64,000 nucleotides of DNA from an uncultured delta proteobacterium. Its GTDB lineage: Bacteria > Myxococcota_A > Polyangia > Polyangiales > Polyangiaceae. The stretch is taken from NCBI GenBank assembly GCA_963841435.1, contig CAWJCS010000001.1:32001-96000 (forward strand), given 5' to 3'. Below are positions 55,062 to 63,615 of the stretch, piece by piece (the first letter of the stretch is position 1; the number at the start of each line of letters is the position of its first letter). Below the pieces are notes generated by a model, which was not told the origin of the DNA, searched no databases, and saw nothing but the letters and a program-made list of their open reading frames with translations. A program made the position numbers and the translations under genes.

Positions 55062-56705
55062 GTGAGCGTACGCGCGGCGCCGAGTCTCGTGCGGTCCGAG
55101 GAGGAGCTCGTCGGGCTCGCTTTTGCGCTCGGGCGTGGCCCGGCTCGCGATTGGTCGAAGGCCGAGCGAGAGCTGGCGCGTCGGGCGCCGCGACCCACCG
55201 CCGACGCCGTCGCGGGTGCGCGGCGGCGGATCGTGGCCGGTGAGGATCCGCTGGGCGAGGCACTCTGCGCGCTCCGTTCGCCGAAGGTACGTCGCGCGAG
55301 CGGTGCCGTGTACACGCCGCCGGACATCGTGCGGGTGCTCGTCGGTTCCTTCGACGACGTTCCGATCGCGCGCATCGTCGATCCGGGCGCCGGCTCGGGG
55401 CGGCTCCTGCGCGCCGCCGCGCGCCGCCACCCCGATGCCCGGCTCGTCGCCGTCGAGCGCGACCCGCTCGCCTCGCTCGTTCTGCGTGGAACGCTCCACG
55501 CCGAGGGTCTCACGCCACGGCTCACCGTGCACGCCACCGACTACCTGCGAGCCGGTCTCGGCCGGGCTCGCGGGCGCACGCTCTACGTCGCGAACCCGCC
55601 GTACGTTCGCCATCACGGGATCGACGCCGCCTCGAAGCGGTGGCTCGAGCGGCAAGCGCGGGAGCTCGGATTGCGGGCGAGCTTGCTCTCGGGGCTCCAC
55701 GTCTACTTCTGGGTCGCGACGCTGCTCGGGGCGCGCGCGGGCGACGTCGGCTGCTTCGTCACGTCATCGGAGTGGCTCGACGTAAACTACGGGGCCCTCG
55801 TGCGGACGCTCCTGGTCGGGCCCCTCGGCGGGCTGGGCATCGACCTTTTGGCCCCGTCCGTCGCCGCGTTCGCGGACGCGCAGACGACGGCTTCGATCGT
55901 GCGTTTCGAGGTGGGAGCCGCGCCTGCGACCCTGTCGTTCCGGGAACTTCGCGAGGTCGGGGAGCCACCGCGCCGAGCCCGCGTGCGCATCGTGCACCGG
56001 GAGACGCTTTCGCGCGCGGCGCGCTGGACGCCGCTGTTCCGGGCCACGCCGCGGCGACGCGGCGCGTACGTCGAGCTCGGCGAGCTCTGTCGCGTTCACC
56101 GCGGACAGGTGACGGGTGCGAATCGTATCTGGATTGCGGGGCTTCACAGCGACGAGCTTCCCGAGTCGCTGTCGTTCCCCGCCATCACGCGGGCCCGCGA
56201 GCTGTTCGCGAGCGGCGCTGTCCTCGACGATCTCGGCGAGCTGAGACGCGTCATCGACCTGCCCGAGGATCTGGGCGAGCTCACGCCGACGGAGCGGCGA
56301 TTGGTGGAGCGTTTTCTCAGGCGAGCTCGCGCCATGGGGGCGGCATCGGGCTACGTCGCGAGCCACCGGCGCGCCTGGTGGTCGGTCGGGCTCCACGCGC
56401 CGGCGCCGATTCTCGCGACGTACATGGCGCGGCGCCCGCCGGCGTTCGTCGTCAATCGCGCGGGCGCGCGGCACATCAACGTGGCGCACGGGCTCTATCC
56501 GCGCGTTCCACTCGGGGAGCGAGCGCTCGCTGCCCTCGCGGCCCACCTTGGTTCGTCTACCGTGGTCGCGGACGGGCGCACATACGCTGGCGGGCTCACG
56601 AAGTTCGAGCCAAGAGAGATGGAGCGGCTGCTCGTGCCGTGTGACGCCGAGCTCGAGCGGTCGCTCGCGGGGACCGGCGAGCGCGGCGGGCGAGCCGCCG
56701 AATAG
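55062..56705 (+). CDS. Orphan N6-adenine DNA methyltransferase (gamma class, Eco57I/TaqI-like layout)
   Basis: GAVYTP (motif X), DPGAGSG (motif I), NPPY (motif IV), C-terminal TRD with RVHRGQVTGAN and GRTYAGGLTKFEP; no restriction enzyme next to it. Confidence 0.9.
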   Translation: MSVRAAPSLVRSEEELVGLAFALGRGPARDWSKAERELARRAPRPTADAVAGARRRIVAGEDPLGEALCALRSPKVRRASGAVYTPPDIVRVLVGSFDDVPIARIVDPGAGSGRLLRAAARRHPDARLVAVERDPLASLVLRGTLHAEGLTPRLTVHATDYLRAGLGRARGRTLYVANPPYVRHHGIDAASKRWLERQARELGLRASLLSGLHVYFWVATLLGARAGDVGCFVTSSEWLDVNYGALVRTLLVGPLGGLGIDLLAPSVAAFADAQTTASIVRFEVGAAPATLSFRELREVGEPPRRARVRIVHRETLSRAARWTPLFRATPRRRGAYVELGELCRVHRGQVTGANRIWIAGLHSDELPESLSFPAITRARELFASGAVLDDLGELRRVIDLPEDLGELTPTERRLVERFLRRARAMGAASGYVASHRRAWWSVGLHAPAPILATYMARRPPAFVVNRAGARHINVAHGLYPRVPLGERALAALAAHLGSSTVVADGRTYAGGLTKFEPREMERLLVPCDAELERSLAGTGERGGRAAE

Positions 56706-56926
56706 GGCGTCGTCGCGCGCGCCGCTTTGCTCACGCGAGAACGGTCAACTTCGTGGTCGCGGCTCGTCGAGCAAAGTGGCGCGCTCTGCGACGGAGCGTT
56801 GCGCCAGAAGGCGTCAGTCTTCGCGCGTCTCACCTCTTCGGGCGACGTACTTCGTCGGGCTATGTGGAATGGCGACGCGCGAACGAAATGCTGACGGGTT
56901 CCTTCGAGCGGGAGCAACTAAGCACC

Positions 56927-58371
56927 ATGCCCCGTCCCATCTCCGCCCCTTGCTTTACTGTGGCCCGTGCAGCGCTGGCCCTATCCGCCCTGTGCCCCTG
57001 GCCTGCGGCAGCGCGGCAAATGGGGACGATGGCGCTCTGGGCGTCGGCGGCGCGGGCGGTTCCGGTGGAAGCGGTGGCACTGCCGGGGGCGCGGTCGGTG
57101 GCAGTGCAGGCTTGGGGGGCGGGGGATCGGGCGTCGGCGGTACCGCGGGAACCGGAGGTGGGCTCGGTGGCGTCGGTGGCGCCGCGGGCCTCGGTGGCTC
57201 CGGTGCGGGAGGCAGAGGAGGGAGCGCCGGGCTCGGCGGAGGTCAGGGTGGCAGCGCCGGGGCAGCAGCGAGCGCTGGTGCGAGCGGGTCCGCCGGCATG
57301 GCCGGGACGGCGGGAAAGGCCGGTGCCGGTGGTGGCGCCGGCATCGGCGGTATGGGCGGCTCGAGCGGTGCGAGTGGCTCGAGTGGCTCGGGCGGTTCGA
57401 GCGGCGGCGCCGGCATGGCGGGCACGGGTGGCACCGGGGACTGCATGACGCCGCCCACGGCGAGCCCCTCGGTCGGGTGGGCAAGCGTCAACGCGTCGGG
57501 GGTGAACGGCACGACCGGCGGCGGCGACGGGACGCCCGTCGTCGTCACGTCGGCGTCGAGCCTGAGCTCGAACATCTCCGGCAACACCGCGCGCGTCATC
57601 TACGTCAACGGTTCCCTCAGCGGCAGCTTCAGCATCGGCTCCAACAAGACCATCGTCGGTGTTTGCGGCGCCCAGCTCAAGGGTCACATCGAGGTCAACG
57701 GCTCGTCGAACGTCATCGTCCGCAACATCAAGATCGTCGGCAACAACTGCTCCGACAGTCCCCAGGATTGCAGCTCGGGCGCCGACGCCGTGAGCGTCAC
57801 GAACGACGCGCATCACGTCTGGTTCGACCACACCGACATTTCCGACGGCTCGGACGGCAACTTCGACATCAACCACCGCTCCGATTACATCACGATTTCC
57901 TACACGAAGTTCTCGTACTCCTCGGCGCGCACCGATCCGCAGGCGGGCTCGAGCGGCCACCGCTTCTCGAATCTCATCAGCTCGTCCGACAGCGATACGT
58001 CGGACGCCGGGCACCTGAGGATCACGTTCCACCACGATTGGTGGGAAAAAAACGTGGACCAGCGCATGCCGCGCACGCGCTTCGGCCGCATCCACGTCTT
58101 CAACAATCTGTATACGACGAGCGGCAACCTCTACTGCACGAGCAGCGGCTACCAGGCGTCGCTCCTGGTCGAAAACAACGTCTACATCGGCGTCAAGAAC
58201 CCGCTCGAGGTGCGCGACGGCGGCGACATGCGCGCGACCGGCAACGTCTTCACGAATACGAGCGGGACGAGCAGCGCGAACGGCTCGGGCTTCACGCCGG
58301 GTTACACCTACACCCTCGACGCGACCTCGGGGCTCGAAGCCTCGCTCAGGGCCGAGGTCGGGCCGCACTGA
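56927..58371 (+). CDS. Pectate lyase, polysaccharide lyase family 1, lipoprotein with a Gly-rich linker; apparent 1-bp deletion in the C run at 56995-56998
   Basis: GTTGG, SNKTIVG, NVIVRNI, VWFDH, DGNFDI, RMPRTRFG, HVFNN. One extra C joins the ATG56927 signal (AALALSALCPLAC lipobox) to the catalytic frame. Confidence 0.9.
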
Positions 58372-58418
58372 GGCGGCGCGGCCCTCGCGTGGTCGCGCGC
58401 GCTCGGAGGGAGCAGCGG

Positions 58419-60236
58419 CTACGGGACGACGACGATTTGCAGCTGGATCGTCGCCGCTTCCGAGCTGCTCGTCCAATAGATATATTCGATCGAGCTGGAG
58501 CTGCTCAACGTCGTTTCGCGTGCACCCCACGCGAACCCGCCGCCTCGCGCCGCGGAGACGGCAGACACGCCCGCCGCGCTGAACGGAACGTTCAAGATGT
58601 TGCCGACGGTTCCGGCGCTCAGCGTGACCGAGCCGTAGGCGGAACCGCTACCGAGGTCGTTGTAGACGGTCGCACCCGACCCCTGTGCCTGGGCCCCGAC
58701 GAGCGTCGAGATCGGCGTCGAGACATCGTAGAAGGTGACGCTCTCAGTGGCGTCCGGGCTCGAGTAGGCAGCGTGGATGATGCGGAGCGTGACGCTGCTC
58801 ACCACACCCTGGAAGCTCGGGATAGAGAAAGTCGCGAACGAGTTTTCCGGGTAGGTGCAGCAATAGCCCGTGAGGGTGTTCTTGTTGGTCGGATCATGCC
58901 AGCCGTCCGAACGGACCCAGCCGCGGTCGGTGTGGTTGACAGACAGCGTCGCGTTGCTACAGATAGAGCCGGTCCAGGGCGGGGAACAGCTGCACGAGTA
59001 GCTCCCGGGCGTGTTGGAGCAACTGCCGCCGTTGCGGCACGGGCTGCTCGAGCACTCGTTGATGTCCGTGCAGCCGGTAGCGCCGTTGCCCGTGTAGCCC
59101 GAGGGGCAGGCGCCGCAGGTGCGCCCGCCGATGGTGTTGGTGCACGTGGTCAACGCGTCGCAACCGCCGTTGCCTGACAGGCACTCGTTCACGTCCACGC
59201 AACCCGTGGTGCCGTTGCCGCTGTAGCCCGTGGGACAATTGCCGCAGGTACGTCCGCCGACGGTGTTGGTGCAGGTGGTCAGCGGATCGCAGCCACCGTT
59301 GCCGCTGGCGCACTCGTTGATATCCATGCACCCGCTGGCGCCGTTGCCGCTGTAGCCGGACGGGCACGCGCCGCAGGTACGGCTTCCCGTCGTGTTCGTG
59401 CACGTCGTCAGCGGATCGCAGCCGCCGTTGTCGGTCGCGCACTCGTCGATGTCCTGATCGCAGTCCGTGCCGTCGTACCCGGTACCGGTGCAGTCGCACG
59501 TGTATCGGTTGACGCGGTCCGTACAGGTGCCGTGCACGCACGGATCGGAAGCGCACTCGTCGATGTCGATCTCGCAGCTGTCGCCCATGTAGCCGGTGCC
59601 GGTGCAGTCGCAAGTGCGCGAGATGCCGACATCGGTGCAGGCGCCACCGTGCTCGCAGGGCGAGGCCGCGCAGTCGAGGATCTGCGCCTGGCACTTCGCG
59701 CCCGTGTAGCCCGTGCCGGTGCAATCGCAGGTGTACGCGTTGACACCGTTGACGCACACGCCGTGGGTGCACGGGTTCGGCGTGCAGTCGTCGATGTTGG
59801 TCTGGCAGCGCGTACCCGTGTAGCCCGCGTCGCAGGTGCAGGTGTACGAGGCTCCGTCTTCCATGCAGGTGCCGTGGTCGCACGGGTCTGGATTGCAGCC
59901 GCTCATCACGGCGCCGCCGCCCTCGCCACCGATCTGCATCATGCCGGCTTCGCCACCCTCGCTGATCATCCCCGCTTCACCGGCCGCCCCGCCGCCACCG
60001 CTGCCGCCACCGGCGCGGCCACCGGTGGAAGCACCGGCCTTGCCACCCGTGGTGCCCCCGCTCGACCCGCCTTTGCCTCCCGCGCCGCCGAGCGCTCCGC
60101 CGCTGCCTCCCGTGCCGCCGGTCTCGTCGGAGAACGTGTAGTCGTCCTTGTTCTCCACCGTACAGGCCCACAGGGTGAGCAGCGCCAGGGCCACCGCGGT
60201 CGGGCCCCGCCGCGTCATGCTGAAGATCGACGTCAT
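58419..60236 (-). CDS. Lipoprotein with a Gly-rich linker, eight EGF/Ca-binding EGF repeats and a C-terminal beta-sandwich
   Basis: LWAC lipobox; D(I/V)(D/N)EC...C...C.N..G...C..C..GY.G...C units; GGAG SD before ATG60236. Confidence 0.9.
   Translation of the reverse strand: MTSIFSMTRRGPTAVALALLTLWACTVENKDDYTFSDETGGTGGSGGALGGAGGKGGSSGGTTGGKAGASTGGRAGGGSGGGGAAGEAGMISEGGEAGMMQIGGEGGGAVMSGCNPDPCDHGTCMEDGASYTCTCDAGYTGTRCQTNIDDCTPNPCTHGVCVNGVNAYTCDCTGTGYTGAKCQAQILDCAASPCEHGGACTDVGISRTCDCTGTGYMGDSCEIDIDECASDPCVHGTCTDRVNRYTCDCTGTGYDGTDCDQDIDECATDNGGCDPLTTCTNTTGSRTCGACPSGYSGNGASGCMDINECASGNGGCDPLTTCTNTVGGRTCGNCPTGYSGNGTTGCVDVNECLSGNGGCDALTTCTNTIGGRTCGACPSGYTGNGATGCTDINECSSSPCRNGGSCSNTPGSYSCSCSPPWTGSICSNATLSVNHTDRGWVRSDGWHDPTNKNTLTGYCCTYPENSFATFSIPSFQGVVSSVTLRIIHAAYSSPDATESVTFYDVSTPISTLVGAQAQGSGATVYNDLGSGSAYGSVTLSAGTVGNILNVPFSAAGVSAVSAARGGGFAWGARETTLSSSSSIEYIYWTSSSEAATIQLQIVVVP
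59052..59455 (-). repeat. Three tandem 129-bp (43-aa) EGF repeat units
   Basis: GCACTCGT recurs at 59052, 59181, 59310 and 59439 (exact 129-nt period); peptide NGGCD.LTTCTNT.G.RTCG.CP.GY.GNG..GC three times. Confidence 0.9.
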
Positions 60237-60545
60237 TTCACGCTCCAGGAAGCAAGGAGCCGAGCGAGGATCTGCCCGGCCTACCGAGCGCCAGAGTGGC
60301 AGAGAACCCGAGACATTTCTGAGATCCTTCGCTCGTTTCAGCGACGCGGGAAGGCGCCCGCTGGCCGGACGAGACGGCCTTCGACGGAACGACGGGCCCG
60401 CGAGACCGCGAGCACCGCTCAGGCGGTGCCGACGCCGCGCGCTCGCCGTGGCGATGTCGGGTGGAGGGCGCTCGTCTCGCACCTATCCCGACCTTCGGCG
60501 CGGCCGCCGACGAGCGCTGCGGCCGGCTCGTGCGCGCCACGCCCG

Positions 60546-61643
60546 TCAGGCGATGCGCGTCTTCGAGAGCACGTCGTCGCGCAGCTTGAGCCCGACGCCC
60601 GGCGCTTGCGGCAGCTCGTAGTGGCCGTCCTTCACGTCGATCGGCTCCTCCCAGATGTGCGCGATCGATTCGTAGCAGTTCTCCACCATCATCACGGCGG
60701 GCGTCGCGGCGGCGAGCTGCACGTGGAGCTTCTGCTGCACGTTCGTGTGCGGGATGACCGGCAGCCCTGCCGTGCCGGCGAGCGCCGCCACGTCGAGCCA
60801 CTCGTCGATCCCGGTCAGCTTCGTGGCGTCCGCCTGAACGATCTGCACGGCGCCCTGCTCGATGAAGTCGCGGAATGCGTGGCGCGTGTAGATGGTCTCG
60901 CCGACGGCGATGGGCACGCGGATGGCGCGTGCGAGCTCGGCGTGGCCCCGCACGTCGAACGGGTGCAGCGGCTCCTCGAGCCACCGCACGTCCAGCTCCC
61001 CGAGCCGCTCGCCCCAGTGCTTTGCCGTGCCGAGCGACCACGCGCAATTGGCGTCCGTCATGATGCCGATCGCGTCGCCGACGGCGCGGCGCACCGCCTT
61101 GACGCGCTCGAAGTCCTCACGGGGATCGGGGCGGCCGAGCTTGATCTTCACGGCGTCGAAGCCGCGTGCGACGAGACGCGTCGCATCGCGCACGAGCTCG
61201 TCTTGTGACCAACTGAGCCAGCCTCCGTCGGTGCTGTACGCCTTGACGCGTTCGCGGCAGGGGCCGAGAAAGCGCCAGAGCGGTAGCCCGGCCCGCTTGC
61301 AAGCGATGTCCCAGAGTGCAAAGTCGACGGCGGCGAGCCCCACGGCGGCGGCACCGACGCGACCGACGAAGTGGTTCGAAAAATAGCAGGCTCGATGGAG
61401 CTCCTTGCGGCGCTCGGGGTCGCCGCCGACGAGCAACGGGGCGTAGCAATCGTCTATGCTCACCTGCGCGGCGCGAAGGCCCGGCGTGTAGCTCCAGTTC
61501 ATGCCGTAGCCCGTGACGCCGTCGTCGGTCTCGAGCACGACCTGGAGGAACTCGACGTTTTCGACCCGCGTCTGCGAATCGGTGATGGTGCGCTGCGCGA
61601 GCGGCACCCGGCAGAGAATCGTCGAGACTTTGGTGATGCGCAT
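60546..61643 (-). CDS. Mandelate racemase/muconate lactonizing enzyme family (probable sugar-acid dehydratase)
   Basis: AVDFALWDI, KIK, MTDAN, WLEEP, AVGE, PQAPGVG. Confidence 0.92.
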   Translation of the reverse strand: MRITKVSTILCRVPLAQRTITDSQTRVENVEFLQVVLETDDGVTGYGMNWSYTPGLRAAQVSIDDCYAPLLVGGDPERRKELHRACYFSNHFVGRVGAAAVGLAAVDFALWDIACKRAGLPLWRFLGPCRERVKAYSTDGGWLSWSQDELVRDATRLVARGFDAVKIKLGRPDPREDFERVKAVRRAVGDAIGIMTDANCAWSLGTAKHWGERLGELDVRWLEEPLHPFDVRGHAELARAIRVPIAVGETIYTRHAFRDFIEQGAVQIVQADATKLTGIDEWLDVAALAGTAGLPVIPHTNVQQKLHVQLAAATPAVMMVENCYESIAHIWEEPIDVKDGHYELPQAPGVGLKLRDDVLSKTRIA

Positions 61644-61700
61644 GCGGCTCCTACTGGTACGGCGACGTCTTTCGTCTTCTTCTCGCGGGCGTCGCCGCGC

Positions 61701-62480
61701 CTAGTGTACGAGCACGCCGCCGTCGATCGGCAGCGCCTGTCCGGTGATCATCCGCGCCGCGTCCGAGCAGAGATAGAGCACGAGCTCGGCGACCTCTTCG
61801 GGCCGCACCATGCGGCCGAGCGGCTGGTACGCCGAGAGCTCGGCGAAGACCTCCGCCTCCCGCCCGGGATAGTGCTCCTTCAAGTATCCGTCGACGAAGG
61901 GCGTGTGCACGCGAGCGGGGCAAACGCAGTTACAGCGGATGCCCTGCTTCTCGAAATCCACGGCGATGGAGCGCGTCATCGCAAGCACGGCGCCCTTCGT
62001 CATGGTGTACGCGAAGCGGTCGGCGAGACCGATCAGGGAGACGATCGAGCCGAGGTTCACGATCGAACCGCCGCCCGTCGCGAGCATGCGGGTTGCGGCG
62101 CTCTTGCAGCAGAGGAACGTGCCTTTCACGTTGACGCGGAACAGGCGTTCGAAATCGTCGTCGCTCGTCGTCGCGAGCGTGCCGACGTGCGCGACACCGG
62201 CGCTGTTTACGAGCGCGTCGAGGCGACGGGAGGTTTGGACGATGCGGCCGAAGGTCGCGTCGACGGCCGTGGCGTCCGCCACGTCCACGACGGCCGCGAA
62301 CGCCGCGAGCCCGCTTTCGTGCAGGGAAGCGGCGACGCGCTCGGCCGCCCCCGGGCCCAGGTCGAGCACGTGCACGACGGCACCCTCGGCCGCGAGCAGC
62401 CGCGCCGTCGCCTCGCCGATGCCCGAGCCGCCACCCGTGACGGCCACGACCTTGCCCCGGACCTGGATGCTGGAAGCCAT
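61701..62480 (-). CDS. SDR oxidoreductase (resembles 2-keto-3-deoxy-L-fuconate/sugar dehydrogenases)
   Basis: TGGGSGIG, NSAGVAHVG, DRFAYTMTKGAV, RCNCVCPARVHTPFVDGY, QPLGRM. Confidence 0.88.
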   Translation of the reverse strand: MASSIQVRGKVVAVTGGGSGIGEATARLLAAEGAVVHVLDLGPGAAERVAASLHESGLAAFAAVVDVADATAVDATFGRIVQTSRRLDALVNSAGVAHVGTLATTSDDDFERLFRVNVKGTFLCCKSAATRMLATGGGSIVNLGSIVSLIGLADRFAYTMTKGAVLAMTRSIAVDFEKQGIRCNCVCPARVHTPFVDGYLKEHYPGREAEVFAELSAYQPLGRMVRPEEVAELVLYLCSDAARMITGQALPIDGGVLVH

Positions 62481-62508
62481 GCGCCGAGGAAGCTAGCATT
62501 TCTGCTGC

Positions 62509-63585
62509 ATGACCACGCCACCCCTCGAGTCGCTGCCGCAAGCGTGGCCGAAGCCGTCCGCCCCGCGGCCCGTCGTGTGCGTCGGCGCCGGCGGCATCGT
62601 CGAGAGCGCGCATCTGCCGGCGTACCAGCGGCTCGGCATTCCGGTGCACGCGCTGTTCGACGTCAACCGTGAGCGCGCCGAGCGTGTCGCTCGCACCTTC
62701 GGCGTACCCGAGGTGAGCGACTCGCTCGCGTCGCTCGCAGCGAAGCCCGGTGTCGTCTTCGACCTCGCCGTGCCGGCGCGCGCCGTACCGGAAGTGCTCG
62801 TCGCGCTGCCGCCGGGCGCCACGGTGCTCATCCAGAAGCCGCTCGGAGAGACGCTGGTGCAGGCGCGGCGCATCGTCGCACTCTGCGAGGAGCGTGGCTT
62901 CGTCGCTGCGGTGAACTTCCAGCTGCGCTTTGCGCCGGCCATGCTCGCGCTCGGAGAGCTCGTGCGCTCGGGAGCACTCGGTCAAATCGTCGACTTCGAG
63001 ATGCGCGTCAACGTGCACACGCCATGGGCGGACTGGCCGTTTCTCGCGGGTATTCCCCGCCACGAGGTGCTCTATCACTCGATTCATTACCTCGACCTCG
63101 CCCGTTCGCTGCTGGGCGAGCCACGCGGGGTCCTGTGCCGGGCGGTGCGTCATCCCGAGCTCGGCGCGTACGCCGACACGCGCAGCGCGACGCTGCTCGA
63201 CTACGGCGACCGGTGCCGGGCGCTCGTGAGCGCGTACCACGGCCATCGCTGGGGCCGGCGCCACCAGGCCTCGGAGCTCAAGCTCGAGGGGACGCGCGGC
63301 GCCGCCGTCGTGAGCCTCGGCGTGAACCTCGACTACCCGAGGGGGGAGCCGGACACGCTCGAGGTCTGCTTCGACGGCGGAGCGTGGTCACCCGTGCCGC
63401 TTCGGGGCTCGTGGTTCGGCGAGGCCTTCGAAGGGCCGATCTCGAACCTCGTGCGGTTCTCGACGGGCGAGGACGGAACGCTCGTCACGCGTGTCGACGA
63501 TGCGCTGCGCACGATGGCGCTCGTCGAGGCCTGCTATCTCTCGAGCGAGCAGGGTGGCGTGGCCGTGCCGCCGGCGCGCGGCTGA
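62509..63585 (+). CDS. Gfo/Idh/MocA family oxidoreductase
   Basis: VGAGGIV..AHLPAY, IQKPLG, VNFQLRF, HSIHYLD. Confidence 0.92.
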   Translation: MTTPPLESLPQAWPKPSAPRPVVCVGAGGIVESAHLPAYQRLGIPVHALFDVNRERAERVARTFGVPEVSDSLASLAAKPGVVFDLAVPARAVPEVLVALPPGATVLIQKPLGETLVQARRIVALCEERGFVAAVNFQLRFAPAMLALGELVRSGALGQIVDFEMRVNVHTPWADWPFLAGIPRHEVLYHSIHYLDLARSLLGEPRGVLCRAVRHPELGAYADTRSATLLDYGDRCRALVSAYHGHRWGRRHQASELKLEGTRGAAVVSLGVNLDYPRGEPDTLEVCFDGGAWSPVPLRGSWFGEAFEGPISNLVRFSTGEDGTLVTRVDDALRTMALVEACYLSSEQGGVAVPPARG

Positions 63586-63615
63586 GCCGGAGCGCCGCGC
63601 CCCGAGCCGCGGCCT

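Noticed and set aside
55062-56705. Complete restriction-modification or BREX/DISARM defence island
   Set aside because: No nuclease, helicase, ATPase or specificity subunit adjoins the MTase, and the DinG helicase is 20 kb away in a housekeeping context.
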